A stretch of 64,000 nucleotides of DNA. Source: an uncultured Bordetella sp. (GTDB taxonomy: Bacteria > Pseudomonadota > Gammaproteobacteria > Burkholderiales > SG8-41). The DNA is taken from contig CAZSIR010000001.1 in NCBI GenBank assembly GCA_964606765.1, forward strand, positions 5,988-69,987, in the 5' to 3' direction. A program made the translations under genes and the position numbers. Shown here one piece after another: positions 46,787-55,665 of this stretch (the stretch's first letter is position 1; every line of letters begins with the position of its first letter). Under the pieces are notes generated by a model. That model had not been told where the DNA came from and did not search any database. It was given only the letters and a program-made list of their open reading frames with translations.

Positions 46787-46821
46787 GTGCGGATTTTTCG
46801 ATCCTGCTTTCGCGCTGAACG

Positions 46822-47817
46822 CTACTGCCGGATTTTCAGCGCGGTGGCGAGGCCGTAGTACAGGTCGTACTGTTCCTTGACGAATTCGTAACTCTCTTTC
46901 GGCGGACGGATGGCCGGAATGCCGCCGATGCGCGCATTGCCGGCCTGCCAGTCGGGATCCTTGGCCAGTTGCGCGAAGACCTTGACCCAGGTTTCCACCA
47001 CCGGTTTCGGCAGTCCGGCCGGGCCCATCAGCGCGGTCCAGCCGACGATTTTTTCCATGTCGGGGAAACCGGCCTCCTTGGCGTTCGGCACGCCCGGCAG
47101 TTCATCCAGCCGCACCGGCGTCACCAGCAGCGCGCGCAGGCGGTTGGCCTTCACCTGCGGAATCACCGTCGGCGCATTGTTGCAGGCAAAATCGACCTGG
47201 CCGCCGAGCACCGCGACCGTGACATCCCCGCCGCCCTTGTAGTGGATGCCGACGGCGTGGTCCTTGCTCAGCTTGCCGAGGGTCATCCAGTACTGCGCCG
47301 CCATGTTCTGGCTGGTGGCGGGTCCGGAAGTCGCAAAATTGAGCTTGCCCGGCTGCTTGCGCATCGCCTCCATCAGATCGGCCGCCGTACGGTAGGCCGA
47401 TTCGCTCTTGACGAAGCAGATGAAGGGATTGAGTTCGATCAGTGACAGCATCGTGAACTCGTTCCATTTGTAGTTCAGTTTTGAATCCACGGCCGGCAGG
47501 ATGGCATGCGTCGCAATGCGCGCGACCAGCAGGGTGTAGCCGTCGGGTGCCGCACCCTTGACCACGTTCGCGCCGATCGCGCCCGAGGCGCCGACCCGGT
47601 TCACCGAAACGATGGGCACCTTGTTGGCCATGTATTTCGGCGCAACCTGCGCGACATTGCGTCCCGACAGGTCGGAGTCGCCGCCTGCGGAGAACGGAAT
47701 CACGAACTGGATCGGCTTGGTCGGATACCCGGCGGATTGCGCCCGGGCAATGCCGGGGTTTGCGGTGATGAATGCTGCGGAAAAGACTGCGAATGCGGCT
47801 GCTTTGAAGTATTGCAT
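46822..47817 (-). CDS. Bug/TctC family substrate-binding protein
   Basis: YPTKPIQFVIPFSAGGDSD, VNRVGASGAIGAN and HYKGGGD. RBS ggagggg. Confidence 0.9.
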   Translation of the reverse strand: MQYFKAAAFAVFSAAFITANPGIARAQSAGYPTKPIQFVIPFSAGGDSDLSGRNVAQVAPKYMANKVPIVSVNRVGASGAIGANVVKGAAPDGYTLLVARIATHAILPAVDSKLNYKWNEFTMLSLIELNPFICFVKSESAYRTAADLMEAMRKQPGKLNFATSGPATSQNMAAQYWMTLGKLSKDHAVGIHYKGGGDVTVAVLGGQVDFACNNAPTVIPQVKANRLRALLVTPVRLDELPGVPNAKEAGFPDMEKIVGWTALMGPAGLPKPVVETWVKVFAQLAKDPDWQAGNARIGGIPAIRPPKESYEFVKEQYDLYYGLATALKIRQ

Positions 47818-47943
47818 GCTCCCCTCCGGAACCGGTTGATCGGAAACCTGCTTGTTTTTGTTGGGTATGCCCGGGCATTGCGCCGGGCGAGAGTCGCCAC
47901 GGCGCTATTCTGCACCAATTTGCGGGTCGGGCAAGCGGCCGGG

Positions 47944-49509
47944 TCAGCGCCTGCGCCTGGACGCGCTGATGATTTCCTCGCGCACGTCGGTGATTTCCCG
48001 GGCGCGCGAGGGATGCACGCCATTGCAGTGTTCCGCGCGCGGGCAGTGGTTGCTGCGCGGACAGATCACCCGCGCCGGGCGCAACAGCGCATCCCCGATC
48101 CAGGCGATGTTCAGCACCCGCGCGATGGCACGGAGGGCCTCGGCCGCCACGGCCGGTATTTTTCCCTGGCCGCGGTGACGCACGCATTCCTCGGTGATGT
48201 CGGCAACCATGGCGTCGGCATCCGCGGTGTGCGAACGCAGCGCCGGCACCAGGTCGATGCCCACCGACAGCACATGCGGATTGCCCGCCATGTCCGTGGT
48301 GCGCCGTGAATGGCAGCAATACAGCATGGATTGATCGCCGTCGCGCAGCACGGAAATCTGCGAGCCGCGGTCGGGTCCGCTTTTGGCGTCGAGCATGCGG
48401 AACACCGCCCAGTTCGGACAGGGATCGCTGACCTGCGCCATGTTGCCCCAGGGCAAAGGGATGCCGTTGCCGCGGTAGACCGCGCGCAGATAGCCCGGCG
48501 GGTAGGCGTCGAAGAAATGCCAGTACGGATACGGCGACACCTTGGTCATGCGCCGCATCACCGCGGCCGGCGTGAGGTCGATTTTTTCGCCGGCTTCGAC
48601 GCGGTAGGACTCGCGTGTCAGGAAGCGCCGGAACGGCACCTTCGGACAGAGCAGGGCGCCGGCAAAAAAACTGCATTCGAAATCGCGCCAGGCATGAAGC
48701 ACGTCCTGCGGGCTCATGCCGCCGCCCGCGCCGCCACTGCCTTCGGGGCTGCCGCCCATTTCGCCGCCGGTGGCATGCGCCGCCTTCAGTCCGTCGCCGC
48801 CATGCAGAATCTTGTGGCCGAGATGCGACGCCAGGTCGAACTTCAGTCGTGCCGGATCCGACGCCAGTGAACGGTTGAGGTAGATCGTATCCGGTGCTTC
48901 GTAGAAGGAGCGTACCATGCTGCGCAGCTCGCGGTCATGGTCAAGTGCCAGCACCGGCTTGCGTTCGAACCACTTGAGCTTCAGTCCGTGGTGGCGGCAC
49001 AGTCCCGTCAGGTCGTCGACGCCCAGCGGGAATCTGCGCTGGCCGACCTGTTCCGCAGCGCGTTCGAGGTCGGGAAAATCGTTGCGCGACATTTCCTGGT
49101 GCGAGCGGATCAGCAGATGCGCGAACTGGCGCCCGGTGGTGCCGGTCTGTGTCAGCAGTTCGGGAATCGCCGCCTGCAGCAGTTCCTTGGAAAACAGGAA
49201 GGCCGGTTCCAGCGGCACGCCCGCCGCACCGCCGCTGCGTTGCGGCGCCACCGCGATCTCGGTTTCCGGGTTGTTGTCGAGGAACCAGGCCTTGTCGCGC
49301 TGGAACAGCTGCGACAGCAGTTCCAGCACCTCGGTTGAAGGCACGCGTTTGCCGCTTTCGATCATGCTGAGGTACGACACCGATGGCGCTTTTTCCGCGT
49401 CGTGCTGGCTGCAGCGCGCCGAAAGCTCTTCCAGCGTGAGGCCGTTTCTTTTGCGCAGCGCGCGCAGCTTGGTGCCGAGGAAATGGCTCTGGCGGGTGTG
49501 CAGGCTCAT
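47944..49509 (-). CDS. XRE-family HTH regulator fused to ImmA/IrrE (M78-like) and C-terminal Cys-rich domain (ScfR/RamB/PrpR-type short-chain acyl-CoA regulator-like)
   Basis: The N-terminal HTH reads LGTKLRALRKRNGLTLEELSARC...VSYLSMIESGKRVPS. The middle holds HLGHKILH. The C-terminal part carries several Cys (CPNW, CCHS, CPRSNHCPRAEHC). Confidence 0.75.
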   Translation of the reverse strand: MSLHTRQSHFLGTKLRALRKRNGLTLEELSARCSQHDAEKAPSVSYLSMIESGKRVPSTEVLELLSQLFQRDKAWFLDNNPETEIAVAPQRSGGAAGVPLEPAFLFSKELLQAAIPELLTQTGTTGRQFAHLLIRSHQEMSRNDFPDLERAAEQVGQRRFPLGVDDLTGLCRHHGLKLKWFERKPVLALDHDRELRSMVRSFYEAPDTIYLNRSLASDPARLKFDLASHLGHKILHGGDGLKAAHATGGEMGGSPEGSGGAGGGMSPQDVLHAWRDFECSFFAGALLCPKVPFRRFLTRESYRVEAGEKIDLTPAAVMRRMTKVSPYPYWHFFDAYPPGYLRAVYRGNGIPLPWGNMAQVSDPCPNWAVFRMLDAKSGPDRGSQISVLRDGDQSMLYCCHSRRTTDMAGNPHVLSVGIDLVPALRSHTADADAMVADITEECVRHRGQGKIPAVAAEALRAIARVLNIAWIGDALLRPARVICPRSNHCPRAEHCNGVHPSRAREITDVREEIISASRRRR

Positions 49510-49568
49510 GGTTTGCCTCCGGGTGGCTGGGGTGAAGTCAGAACGAGGGTCCGTTTTTGACCTTAACT

Positions 49569-49614
49569 TTGTGAAATTAACATTGTGAAATTTTTAATGT
49601 CAAATTTTTCACAA
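49569..49614. promoter_or_regulatory. Candidate operator: three TTGTGAAA(T/A) boxes (two direct, one inverted) in a divergent promoter region
   Basis: ttgtgaaat at 49569..49577 and 49583..49591. The inverted copy atttttcacaa lies at 49604..49614. All sit in an AT-rich 160-bp gap between the regulator gene and the oxidoreductase gene. Confidence 0.55.
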
Positions 49615-49685
49615 GTTGGCCCTATGATGCAGTGCAAGGCAGCATCAGCGCGTCCCAAACTGGCAGATGACAGATGGAGAAAATC

Positions 49686-50789
49686 ATGAAAATGAACATT
49701 TTGATCCTCGGCGCCTCGTACGGCTCACTGCTCGGCACCAAGCTGCTGATGGCGGGGCACCGGGTGACGCTGGTGTGCACGGCGCCCACCGCAACGCTGA
49801 TCAACCGGGAGGGCACCCGGGTGCGTTTCCCGCTGCGCGGCCGGCCCGATCCGGTGGAAATCGACTCGCGCCGGCTGCCCGGCCCACTGCATGCGGTGAC
49901 CCCGGACCAGGCCGATGTGCAGGGCTGCGACCTGATCGTGCTCGGCATGCAGGAAGCGCAGTACGGCGCGCCGGGCGTGCGCGAACTGATGCGGCGCATC
50001 GTGCGTTCACGCAAACCCTGCCTCGCGATCATGAACATGCCGCCGCTGCCCTATCTGCGGCGTTTGCCCGGACTGGCTGCCGATTTGCTGCGCGCCTGTT
50101 ATGCCGATCCCTCGGTATGGGACGGCTTTGATGCGGAGCTGATCACGCTGGCCAGCCCCGATCCCCAGGCATTTCGTCCGCCGGAGTCGCAGAAAAACGT
50201 GCTGCAGGTCGGACTGCCGACCAATTTCAAGGCGGCGCGTTTTGCCGACGAAGCGCACAACACGGTCCTGCGCAGCCTGGAAGCGGATATCGAAGCGGTG
50301 CGTTTCGAAGACGGTGGCGAAGCTCTGGAAATCCCGGTGAAACTCAAGGTGCATGATTCGCTGTTTGTGCCGCTGGCGAAATGGCCGATGCTGATCACCG
50401 GCAACTACCGCTGCGTGCGCGAGCAGGACATGATTCCCATCCGTGAAGCCGTGCACGGCGACATTGAAGAATCGCGCCGCATTTACCAGTGGGTGGTGGA
50501 TCTGTGCATCGGGCTCGGCGCCGATGCCGGCGACCTGGTGCCCTTTGAAAAATACGCCCAGGCCGCGGCCGGACTGGGCAAGCCGTCATCTGCGGCGCGC
50601 GCGCTGTCTGCCGGCGCAGTGCAGATCGAGCGCGTCGACAGCCTGGTGCGGCGCATCGCGCGCCAGCGCGGATCGGACTGCGATGCGCTGAACCGGATCG
50701 TGGCGCGAATCGATAGGCGCCTGGAAAGGAATCGTCCGCGGCAGGAAACGCCGGCATTCGGCTTCGAGGCGCTGCCGAGCATGGCCTGA
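49686..50789 (+). CDS. NAD(P)-binding Rossmann protein, ketopantoate reductase-like (ApbA/PanE N-terminal type), hypothetical oxidoreductase
   Basis: MKMNILILGASYGSLLGTKLLMAGH.V is a dinucleotide-binding motif. The rest has no motif I can name. Confidence 0.55.
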   Translation: MKMNILILGASYGSLLGTKLLMAGHRVTLVCTAPTATLINREGTRVRFPLRGRPDPVEIDSRRLPGPLHAVTPDQADVQGCDLIVLGMQEAQYGAPGVRELMRRIVRSRKPCLAIMNMPPLPYLRRLPGLAADLLRACYADPSVWDGFDAELITLASPDPQAFRPPESQKNVLQVGLPTNFKAARFADEAHNTVLRSLEADIEAVRFEDGGEALEIPVKLKVHDSLFVPLAKWPMLITGNYRCVREQDMIPIREAVHGDIEESRRIYQWVVDLCIGLGADAGDLVPFEKYAQAAAGLGKPSSAARALSAGAVQIERVDSLVRRIARQRGSDCDALNRIVARIDRRLERNRPRQETPAFGFEALPSMA

Positions 50790-50810
50790 ACGTTTTCAGG
50801 AGGGGGTTGA

Positions 50811-50838
50811 AACGGGGCCTGCGGGCCCCGTTGCTTTT
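50811..50838 (+). terminator. Terminator-like hairpin
   Basis: aacggggcc-tgcg-ggccccgtt followed by gcttttg (weak T tract). Confidence 0.55.
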
Positions 50839-50879
50839 GCGATAATCTCCAGTCACGCAAATCCACCGGAGGAACCACC

Positions 50880-51293
50880 ATGTCGCAACAAGCCATTGCC
50901 GGAAGCTGCCTGTGCGGATCGGTCAAATTCGAGATTACGCCGCCGTCCAGCGGATTCCGCTACTGCCATTGCACGCGCTGCCGCAAGGCCACCGGCGCCG
51001 CGCATGCCGCCAATGTGTTCCTGCCCGAGAGCCAGTTCAAGTGGCTGGCGGGGGAGTCCCAGGTGAAGCATTTCGACCTGCCGGGGGCCAAACGGTTTGC
51101 GGTGAATTTCTGCGGCACATGCGGCACCCGCGTACCGCACAAAATCACCGGCACCGAAAACATGCTGATTCCCGCCGGCATCCTTGATGCGAATCCCGAC
51201 GTCAGCCCGGAGTGCAGCATTTTCTGGGGATCCAAGGCCGGCTGGTTTGTCGAGACCACGGCATTGCCGAAGTTCGAGGAATACGGCAAATAG
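50880..51293 (+). CDS. GFA (glutathione-dependent formaldehyde-activating / CENP-V) family protein
   Basis: The zinc-binding Cys pattern GSCLCGSVKF...YCHCTRCRK...FCGTCG. Confidence 0.85.
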   Translation: MSQQAIAGSCLCGSVKFEITPPSSGFRYCHCTRCRKATGAAHAANVFLPESQFKWLAGESQVKHFDLPGAKRFAVNFCGTCGTRVPHKITGTENMLIPAGILDANPDVSPECSIFWGSKAGWFVETTALPKFEEYGK

Positions 51294-51396
51294 GAATCCG
51301 GCTGCAGCGGGCATGATTGCCAGCATATGGTCGCAGTCATCGGTTGAGCGGCAGCAGTCAGTACAATAGCCGCTCTTTTTTTCGCCCCCGATTTCC

Positions 51397-52767
51397 ATGA
51401 ATACCATTGCTGAGCAGCTCGGCGCCTATGCCGCCGGCCTGCAGTACGAAGACATCCCGCCTGCGGTCATCCACCAGGCGAAGCGCATGATCGTCGACAC
51501 CCTCGGCTGCGCGCTCGGCGGCTATGACAGCGAGCCGACGCGCATCGCGCTGGCGCAGGCGGCCACGATCAGCAGCACCGAGCCTGCCACCATTCTCTGC
51601 ACCGGGCGGCAGACCAGCCCCGAACTTGCCGCCTTCGCCAACGGCGTGATGATCCGCTACCTCGATTACAACGACGGCTACATCGGGCGCGAAGCCGGGC
51701 ATCCCAGCGACAGCATCGGCGCGCTGCTGTCGGCGGCGGAAATCGGCAGGGCCGACGGCCGCGAACTGATCGTCGCCACGGTGATTGCCTATGAAATGTT
51801 CTGCCGCATGTGCGACATCGTCAATTTCAAGCCGATGGGTTTCGACCACACCACCATCGGCGCCATGGCCAGCGTGCTGGGCGTGTCGCGGCTGCTCGGG
51901 CTCGACCGTGAACAGACGGCCACCGCGCTGAGCATCACCGTCGCCGCCAACGTCGCGCTGTACCAGACGCGCATCGGCAACGTGTCGATGTGGAAGGGCT
52001 GCGCCTATGCCAACACCAGCCGCAACGCGATATTTTTCGCGCAGATGGCCAAACGCGGCATGACCGGGCCCTCGCCGGTGTTCGAAGGACGCGGCGGCTA
52101 TTTTGTCGCGGTGACGCGCAAGCCCTTCGAGCTTGCGCCCTTCGGCGGCAGGGGCCAGCCTGAATTCAGGATCATGGACTGCCTGATCAAGCGCTACCCG
52201 CTGGGCCAGTATTCGCAGTCGGTGGTGCACGCTGCGCTTGAAGCCCGCGCCCGTGTGAAAAACATCGACGACATCGCCGAAATCCACGTGCGCACACTGC
52301 ACACGGCGATTGAAATGATGGCCGGGGATCCCGACAAGTGGAAACCCGCGAATCGTGAAACCGCCGACCACAGCATGCCTTACACCGCGGGGGTGGCGCT
52401 GAAATACGGCGTCATCGACATCCAGTACTTCGACGATCCTTACCTGCATGATCCCGCGCTGCTGGCGCTGGTCGCAAAAATCAAATGCACGGTGTCGGAG
52501 GAAGCCAACAGCCGCGAGCCCGAGGCCATGCTCTGCGACATGGATGTGGTGATGAAAAACGGCAAACGCGAGGCGATCCGCGTGGAATACCACCGCGGCC
52601 ATCCGAAGAACCCGATGTCGGATGCGGAGATCGAAGAAAAATTCCGCTCGCTTGCCGGCAGCCAGATGCCGGCATCGCAGGTCGATGCGCTGCTCGGTCA
52701 ACTGTGGCAACTCGACACGCTGAAGTCCATGGAACCGTTGTTTGCATTGACCCGAATCAGGAGTTAA
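51397..52767 (+). CDS. MmgE/PrpD family protein (2-methylcitrate dehydratase-like)
   Basis: 456 aa. DTLGCALGG, GHPSD and ADHSMPY are typical MmgE/PrpD motifs. Confidence 0.85.
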   Translation: MNTIAEQLGAYAAGLQYEDIPPAVIHQAKRMIVDTLGCALGGYDSEPTRIALAQAATISSTEPATILCTGRQTSPELAAFANGVMIRYLDYNDGYIGREAGHPSDSIGALLSAAEIGRADGRELIVATVIAYEMFCRMCDIVNFKPMGFDHTTIGAMASVLGVSRLLGLDREQTATALSITVAANVALYQTRIGNVSMWKGCAYANTSRNAIFFAQMAKRGMTGPSPVFEGRGGYFVAVTRKPFELAPFGGRGQPEFRIMDCLIKRYPLGQYSQSVVHAALEARARVKNIDDIAEIHVRTLHTAIEMMAGDPDKWKPANRETADHSMPYTAGVALKYGVIDIQYFDDPYLHDPALLALVAKIKCTVSEEANSREPEAMLCDMDVVMKNGKREAIRVEYHRGHPKNPMSDAEIEEKFRSLAGSQMPASQVDALLGQLWQLDTLKSMEPLFALTRIRS

Positions 52768-52799
52768 AAAATGTTTAAAATCAAATACTTATATAAATC
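52764..52799 (+). repeat. AT-rich dispersed element, copy F (core AATCAAATACTTA at 52779..52791)
   Basis: ttaaaaaatgtttaaaatcaaatacttatataaatc spans the PrpD-like stop (52765..52767) and the first 9 codons of the next Bug ORF. Confidence 0.8.
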
Positions 52800-53778
52800 T
52801 GTCCGCCCATGCGCCGTTCTCGCCGTATGGGCGCTGCCTTTTGCGCTGCTGGTTGCGCAGGCACAGGCCGCGGCTGCAGACGACTATCCCTCGCGACCGG
52901 TGCGCGTACTGGTGCCCAATCCGCCGGGTGGCGGCAGCGATGCCGTCGCGCGCATCCTCGCGCAGAAGCTCGGCGAGCGCATGGGCCAGCAGTTCGTCGT
53001 CGACAACCGCGCGGGCGGCGGCGGCATCATCGCCAATGAAACCGTGGCGCGCGCCAATCCCGACGGCTACACGCTGCTGCTCGCCTTCATCGGCCCGGTG
53101 GCCATCAGCCCGGCGCTGCAGAAGGTGCCCTACGATTCGGTGAAGGATTTCATGCCGGTCGCGCTGGTCGCTGCGGGCCAGTACATGCTGGTGCTGCATC
53201 CCTCGGTGCCGGCGAAGTCGCTGAAGGATTTTGTCGCTTACGCCAAGGCCAATCCCGGCAAGATCAATTATGCTTCCGCCGGCAACGGTTCGCCGCTGCA
53301 TCTGGCGGCGGAACTGTTCAAGGCGCGCGCCGGGGTGAACCTGGTGCATGTGCCGTACAAGGGCGGCGGTCCCGCCACTGCGGCCATCCTCGCCGGTGAA
53401 GTACAGGCCGTGTTCGGCAGCCTGACGTCGGTCGTGCCGCAGATCAAGGCCGGCAAACTGACGCCGATCGGCGTCACCGGCGCCAAACGCTCCGCGCTGG
53501 CGCCGGAATATCCGACCATCGCCGAACTCGGCTATCCCGGTTTCGAGATGACATCCTGGTACGGCATCCTGCTGCCGGCGCGTTCACCCGCGACCGTGGC
53601 GGCAAAACTGAATGCGGGCCTGAATGAAGCCCTGCGCGCGAAGGATGTGGTTGATGCGCTGAAGCGCCAGGGACTGGATGCCACCGGCGGCACGCCGGAA
53701 GCATTCGCCGCGCACATCAAGACTGAACTCGCGAAATGGGCGAAAGTGGTGAAAGACGCAGGCATCAAGGCGGATTAA
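52771..53778 (+). CDS. Bug/TctC family substrate-binding protein
   Basis: YPSRPVRVLVPNPPGGGSD, VDNRAGGGGIIANE and HVPYKGGGPA. The only in-frame start (ATG at 52771) lies inside the AT-rich element. Confidence 0.85.
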   Translation: MFKIKYLYKSVRPCAVLAVWALPFALLVAQAQAAAADDYPSRPVRVLVPNPPGGGSDAVARILAQKLGERMGQQFVVDNRAGGGGIIANETVARANPDGYTLLLAFIGPVAISPALQKVPYDSVKDFMPVALVAAGQYMLVLHPSVPAKSLKDFVAYAKANPGKINYASAGNGSPLHLAAELFKARAGVNLVHVPYKGGGPATAAILAGEVQAVFGSLTSVVPQIKAGKLTPIGVTGAKRSALAPEYPTIAELGYPGFEMTSWYGILLPARSPATVAAKLNAGLNEALRAKDVVDALKRQGLDATGGTPEAFAAHIKTELAKWAKVVKDAGIKAD

Positions 53779-53804
53779 ACGGTTGCGAACCGGCAGTTTG
53801 GACA

Positions 53805-53832
53805 ACGGGGCCGGCATGGCCCCGTTTTTTTA
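53805..53832 (+). terminator. Rho-independent terminator
   Basis: aacggggcc-ggcat-ggccccgtt followed by a 7-T run. Confidence 0.85.
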
Positions 53833-53944
53833 TTGCTTGATTTTATTGCTGGATGCCCGTGAATTTTCGCGGCTTGCGACGAGTGCCGCTTCCGTGGCAT
53901 GGTTGCCGCGTAGTCCATAAAAACGATACGACGGAGGAGGCCGC

Positions 53945-54934
53945 ATGAATACCATCACCGGCATCAGGGCGCCGGCCCTGATTTTTGTTTTGCTGACTGC
54001 CGTACAGGCCGTCATGGCGACAACAGCAGCCCAGGCGCAGAATTTCCCCAGCCGGCCGATGCGCGTCATCGTGCCGCTGGCGGCGGGCGGCGGCATGGAT
54101 ACGGTTGCCCGCAGCGTGGCGAACAGTTTTACCGAGGCGCTGGGGCAGAGCGTAGTCGTTGACAACCGGCCGGGTGCGGGCAGTCTGATCGCGCTCGAAA
54201 TCCTCTCCGAAGCGGCGGCGGACGGCCATACGCTGATGATGATCAGCGCCACCACGGTCATCTACCCGCTGCTCTACAAATCAAAACTGGATCCGGTGCG
54301 TGATTTCACGCCGGTATCGCAGGTCACGGCGCAGGGTTACGTGCTGGTCGTGCATCCCGCGCTGCCGGTCAAGTCGGCGCTGGACCTCGTCAAGTACGCC
54401 AAGGCCAACCCGGGCAAGCTGAACTACGCGTCCTCCGGCATCGGCAGCCCGATACACATGACGACCGAGCTGCTTGGCATCGCCACCGGCACCCGCATGA
54501 CCCATGTTCCGTACAAGGGCATGGGCGCCGCCTATGCCGACCTCGTGGGCGGCCGCATCAACATGTCGTTTGCGACCATCATCTCCGCCCAGACCCACAT
54601 CCGGAACGGCCGCCTGCGTGCGCTGGCGGTGTCGCAGGCGAAACGCGCGGCGGCCATGCCCGAGACCCCGACCCTCGCCGAAGCCGGCATACCCGGCGTG
54701 GTCGTGGTCAACTGGTACGGCCTGATTGCACCGAAGGCCACGCCGAAAGCGGTCATCAACCGCATCGCAGCCGAAACCGCGAAGGCGGTGCAGGCGCCGG
54801 AGATGCAGAAGCGGCTGACCGCCGACGGCGCTGAAGGCGTGGGCGGCACCCCGGCGGAGTTCACCACGCACATCCGTGCGGAAAGCGCGCAATGGCGCCG
54901 CGTGATCAAGGAAGGCGGGATCAAGGCGCAGTAA
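53945..54934 (+). CDS. Bug/TctC family substrate-binding protein
   Basis: FPSRPMRVIVPLAAGGGMD, VDNRPGAGSLIA and HVPYKGMGAA. RBS ggaggagg. Confidence 0.9.
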   Translation: MNTITGIRAPALIFVLLTAVQAVMATTAAQAQNFPSRPMRVIVPLAAGGGMDTVARSVANSFTEALGQSVVVDNRPGAGSLIALEILSEAAADGHTLMMISATTVIYPLLYKSKLDPVRDFTPVSQVTAQGYVLVVHPALPVKSALDLVKYAKANPGKLNYASSGIGSPIHMTTELLGIATGTRMTHVPYKGMGAAYADLVGGRINMSFATIISAQTHIRNGRLRALAVSQAKRAAAMPETPTLAEAGIPGVVVVNWYGLIAPKATPKAVINRIAAETAKAVQAPEMQKRLTADGAEGVGGTPAEFTTHIRAESAQWRRVIKEGGIKAQ

Positions 54935-54947
54935 GCCGCGCCGAGCT

Positions 54948-55580
54948 TCAACCGTTGCCGACTCGCCCGCCGCGTAAATCAGCGAGTGCTTTTTCCAGTT
55001 CGGCGATGCGGCGGTCGCGTGCTTCGAGCGCGCGCTCCACATCCGCCGCTTCATAACGCCGCGGAATGTGCTGCGGGCAGTTGGCGTCCCAGGTCGTGAC
55101 GCGGAACAGCAGGACCTGCTCGCCACGGGACGGATAGTCCGCGGGCATCAGCTGCGCCAGCCTTTCGGCGTCATCCTCGACCACACGCGCTTCACCCCAG
55201 AGCTTGATGCGCCGCTGCTCCGCGTAATCGATCAGGAACAGATGCGCCTTCGGGTTCTCGCTCAGGTTGCCCTGGGTGATGAACTGGCGGTTGCCGCGAA
55301 AATCGGCAAAGGCGATGGTCGACTCGTCCGGCACGTGCAGGAAACCCGGCGGACCGCCGCGGTGCTGGATGTACGGCTGGCCGGCGGCGTTGACCGTGCC
55401 GAGGAACACACTGGTTTGCACCTTGATGAAGGCGGCCAGGTCGGGCGTGATGGTCGTGCCCCAGCCCTTGCCGGTTTCCATCCGGGCATAGGCGTGGCGC
55501 GAGCCTTTGCGCGCCTGGATTGCCTTCACCGTCGGCGTAAAAGCCACATCACTGGCGAAGCGCAGGCGGTCACTCATCAT
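54948..55580 (-). CDS. Pyridoxamine 5'-phosphate oxidase-like (FMN-binding split barrel) family protein
   Basis: FLGTVNAAGQPYIQHRGGPPGFL...FADF.GNRQFIT.GNL is the PNPOx-like pattern. The C-terminus is a coiled tail. Confidence 0.7.
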   Translation of the reverse strand: MMSDRLRFASDVAFTPTVKAIQARKGSRHAYARMETGKGWGTTITPDLAAFIKVQTSVFLGTVNAAGQPYIQHRGGPPGFLHVPDESTIAFADFRGNRQFITQGNLSENPKAHLFLIDYAEQRRIKLWGEARVVEDDAERLAQLMPADYPSRGEQVLLFRVTTWDANCPQHIPRRYEAADVERALEARDRRIAELEKALADLRGGRVGNG

Positions 55581-55665
55581 GGATGCTCCTTTCAGGCGGT
55601 GCAGTCAGACAACACCATCAAGCGGGGACACCACGCGCACGATGCCGCGCGCGTGGCGTGGCAGC

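Noticed and set aside
47102-48676. 524-aa minus-strand ORF overlapping both the Bug gene (46822..47817) and the regulator gene in other frames
   Set aside because: Its product is extremely Arg/Gly/Pro/His-rich. The competing frames encode a Bug protein and an XRE-HTH regulator with clear motifs.
51358-52710. 450-aa minus-strand ORF opposite the MmgE/PrpD gene
   Set aside because: It is a shadow ORF; the plus-strand frame has PrpD-family motifs.
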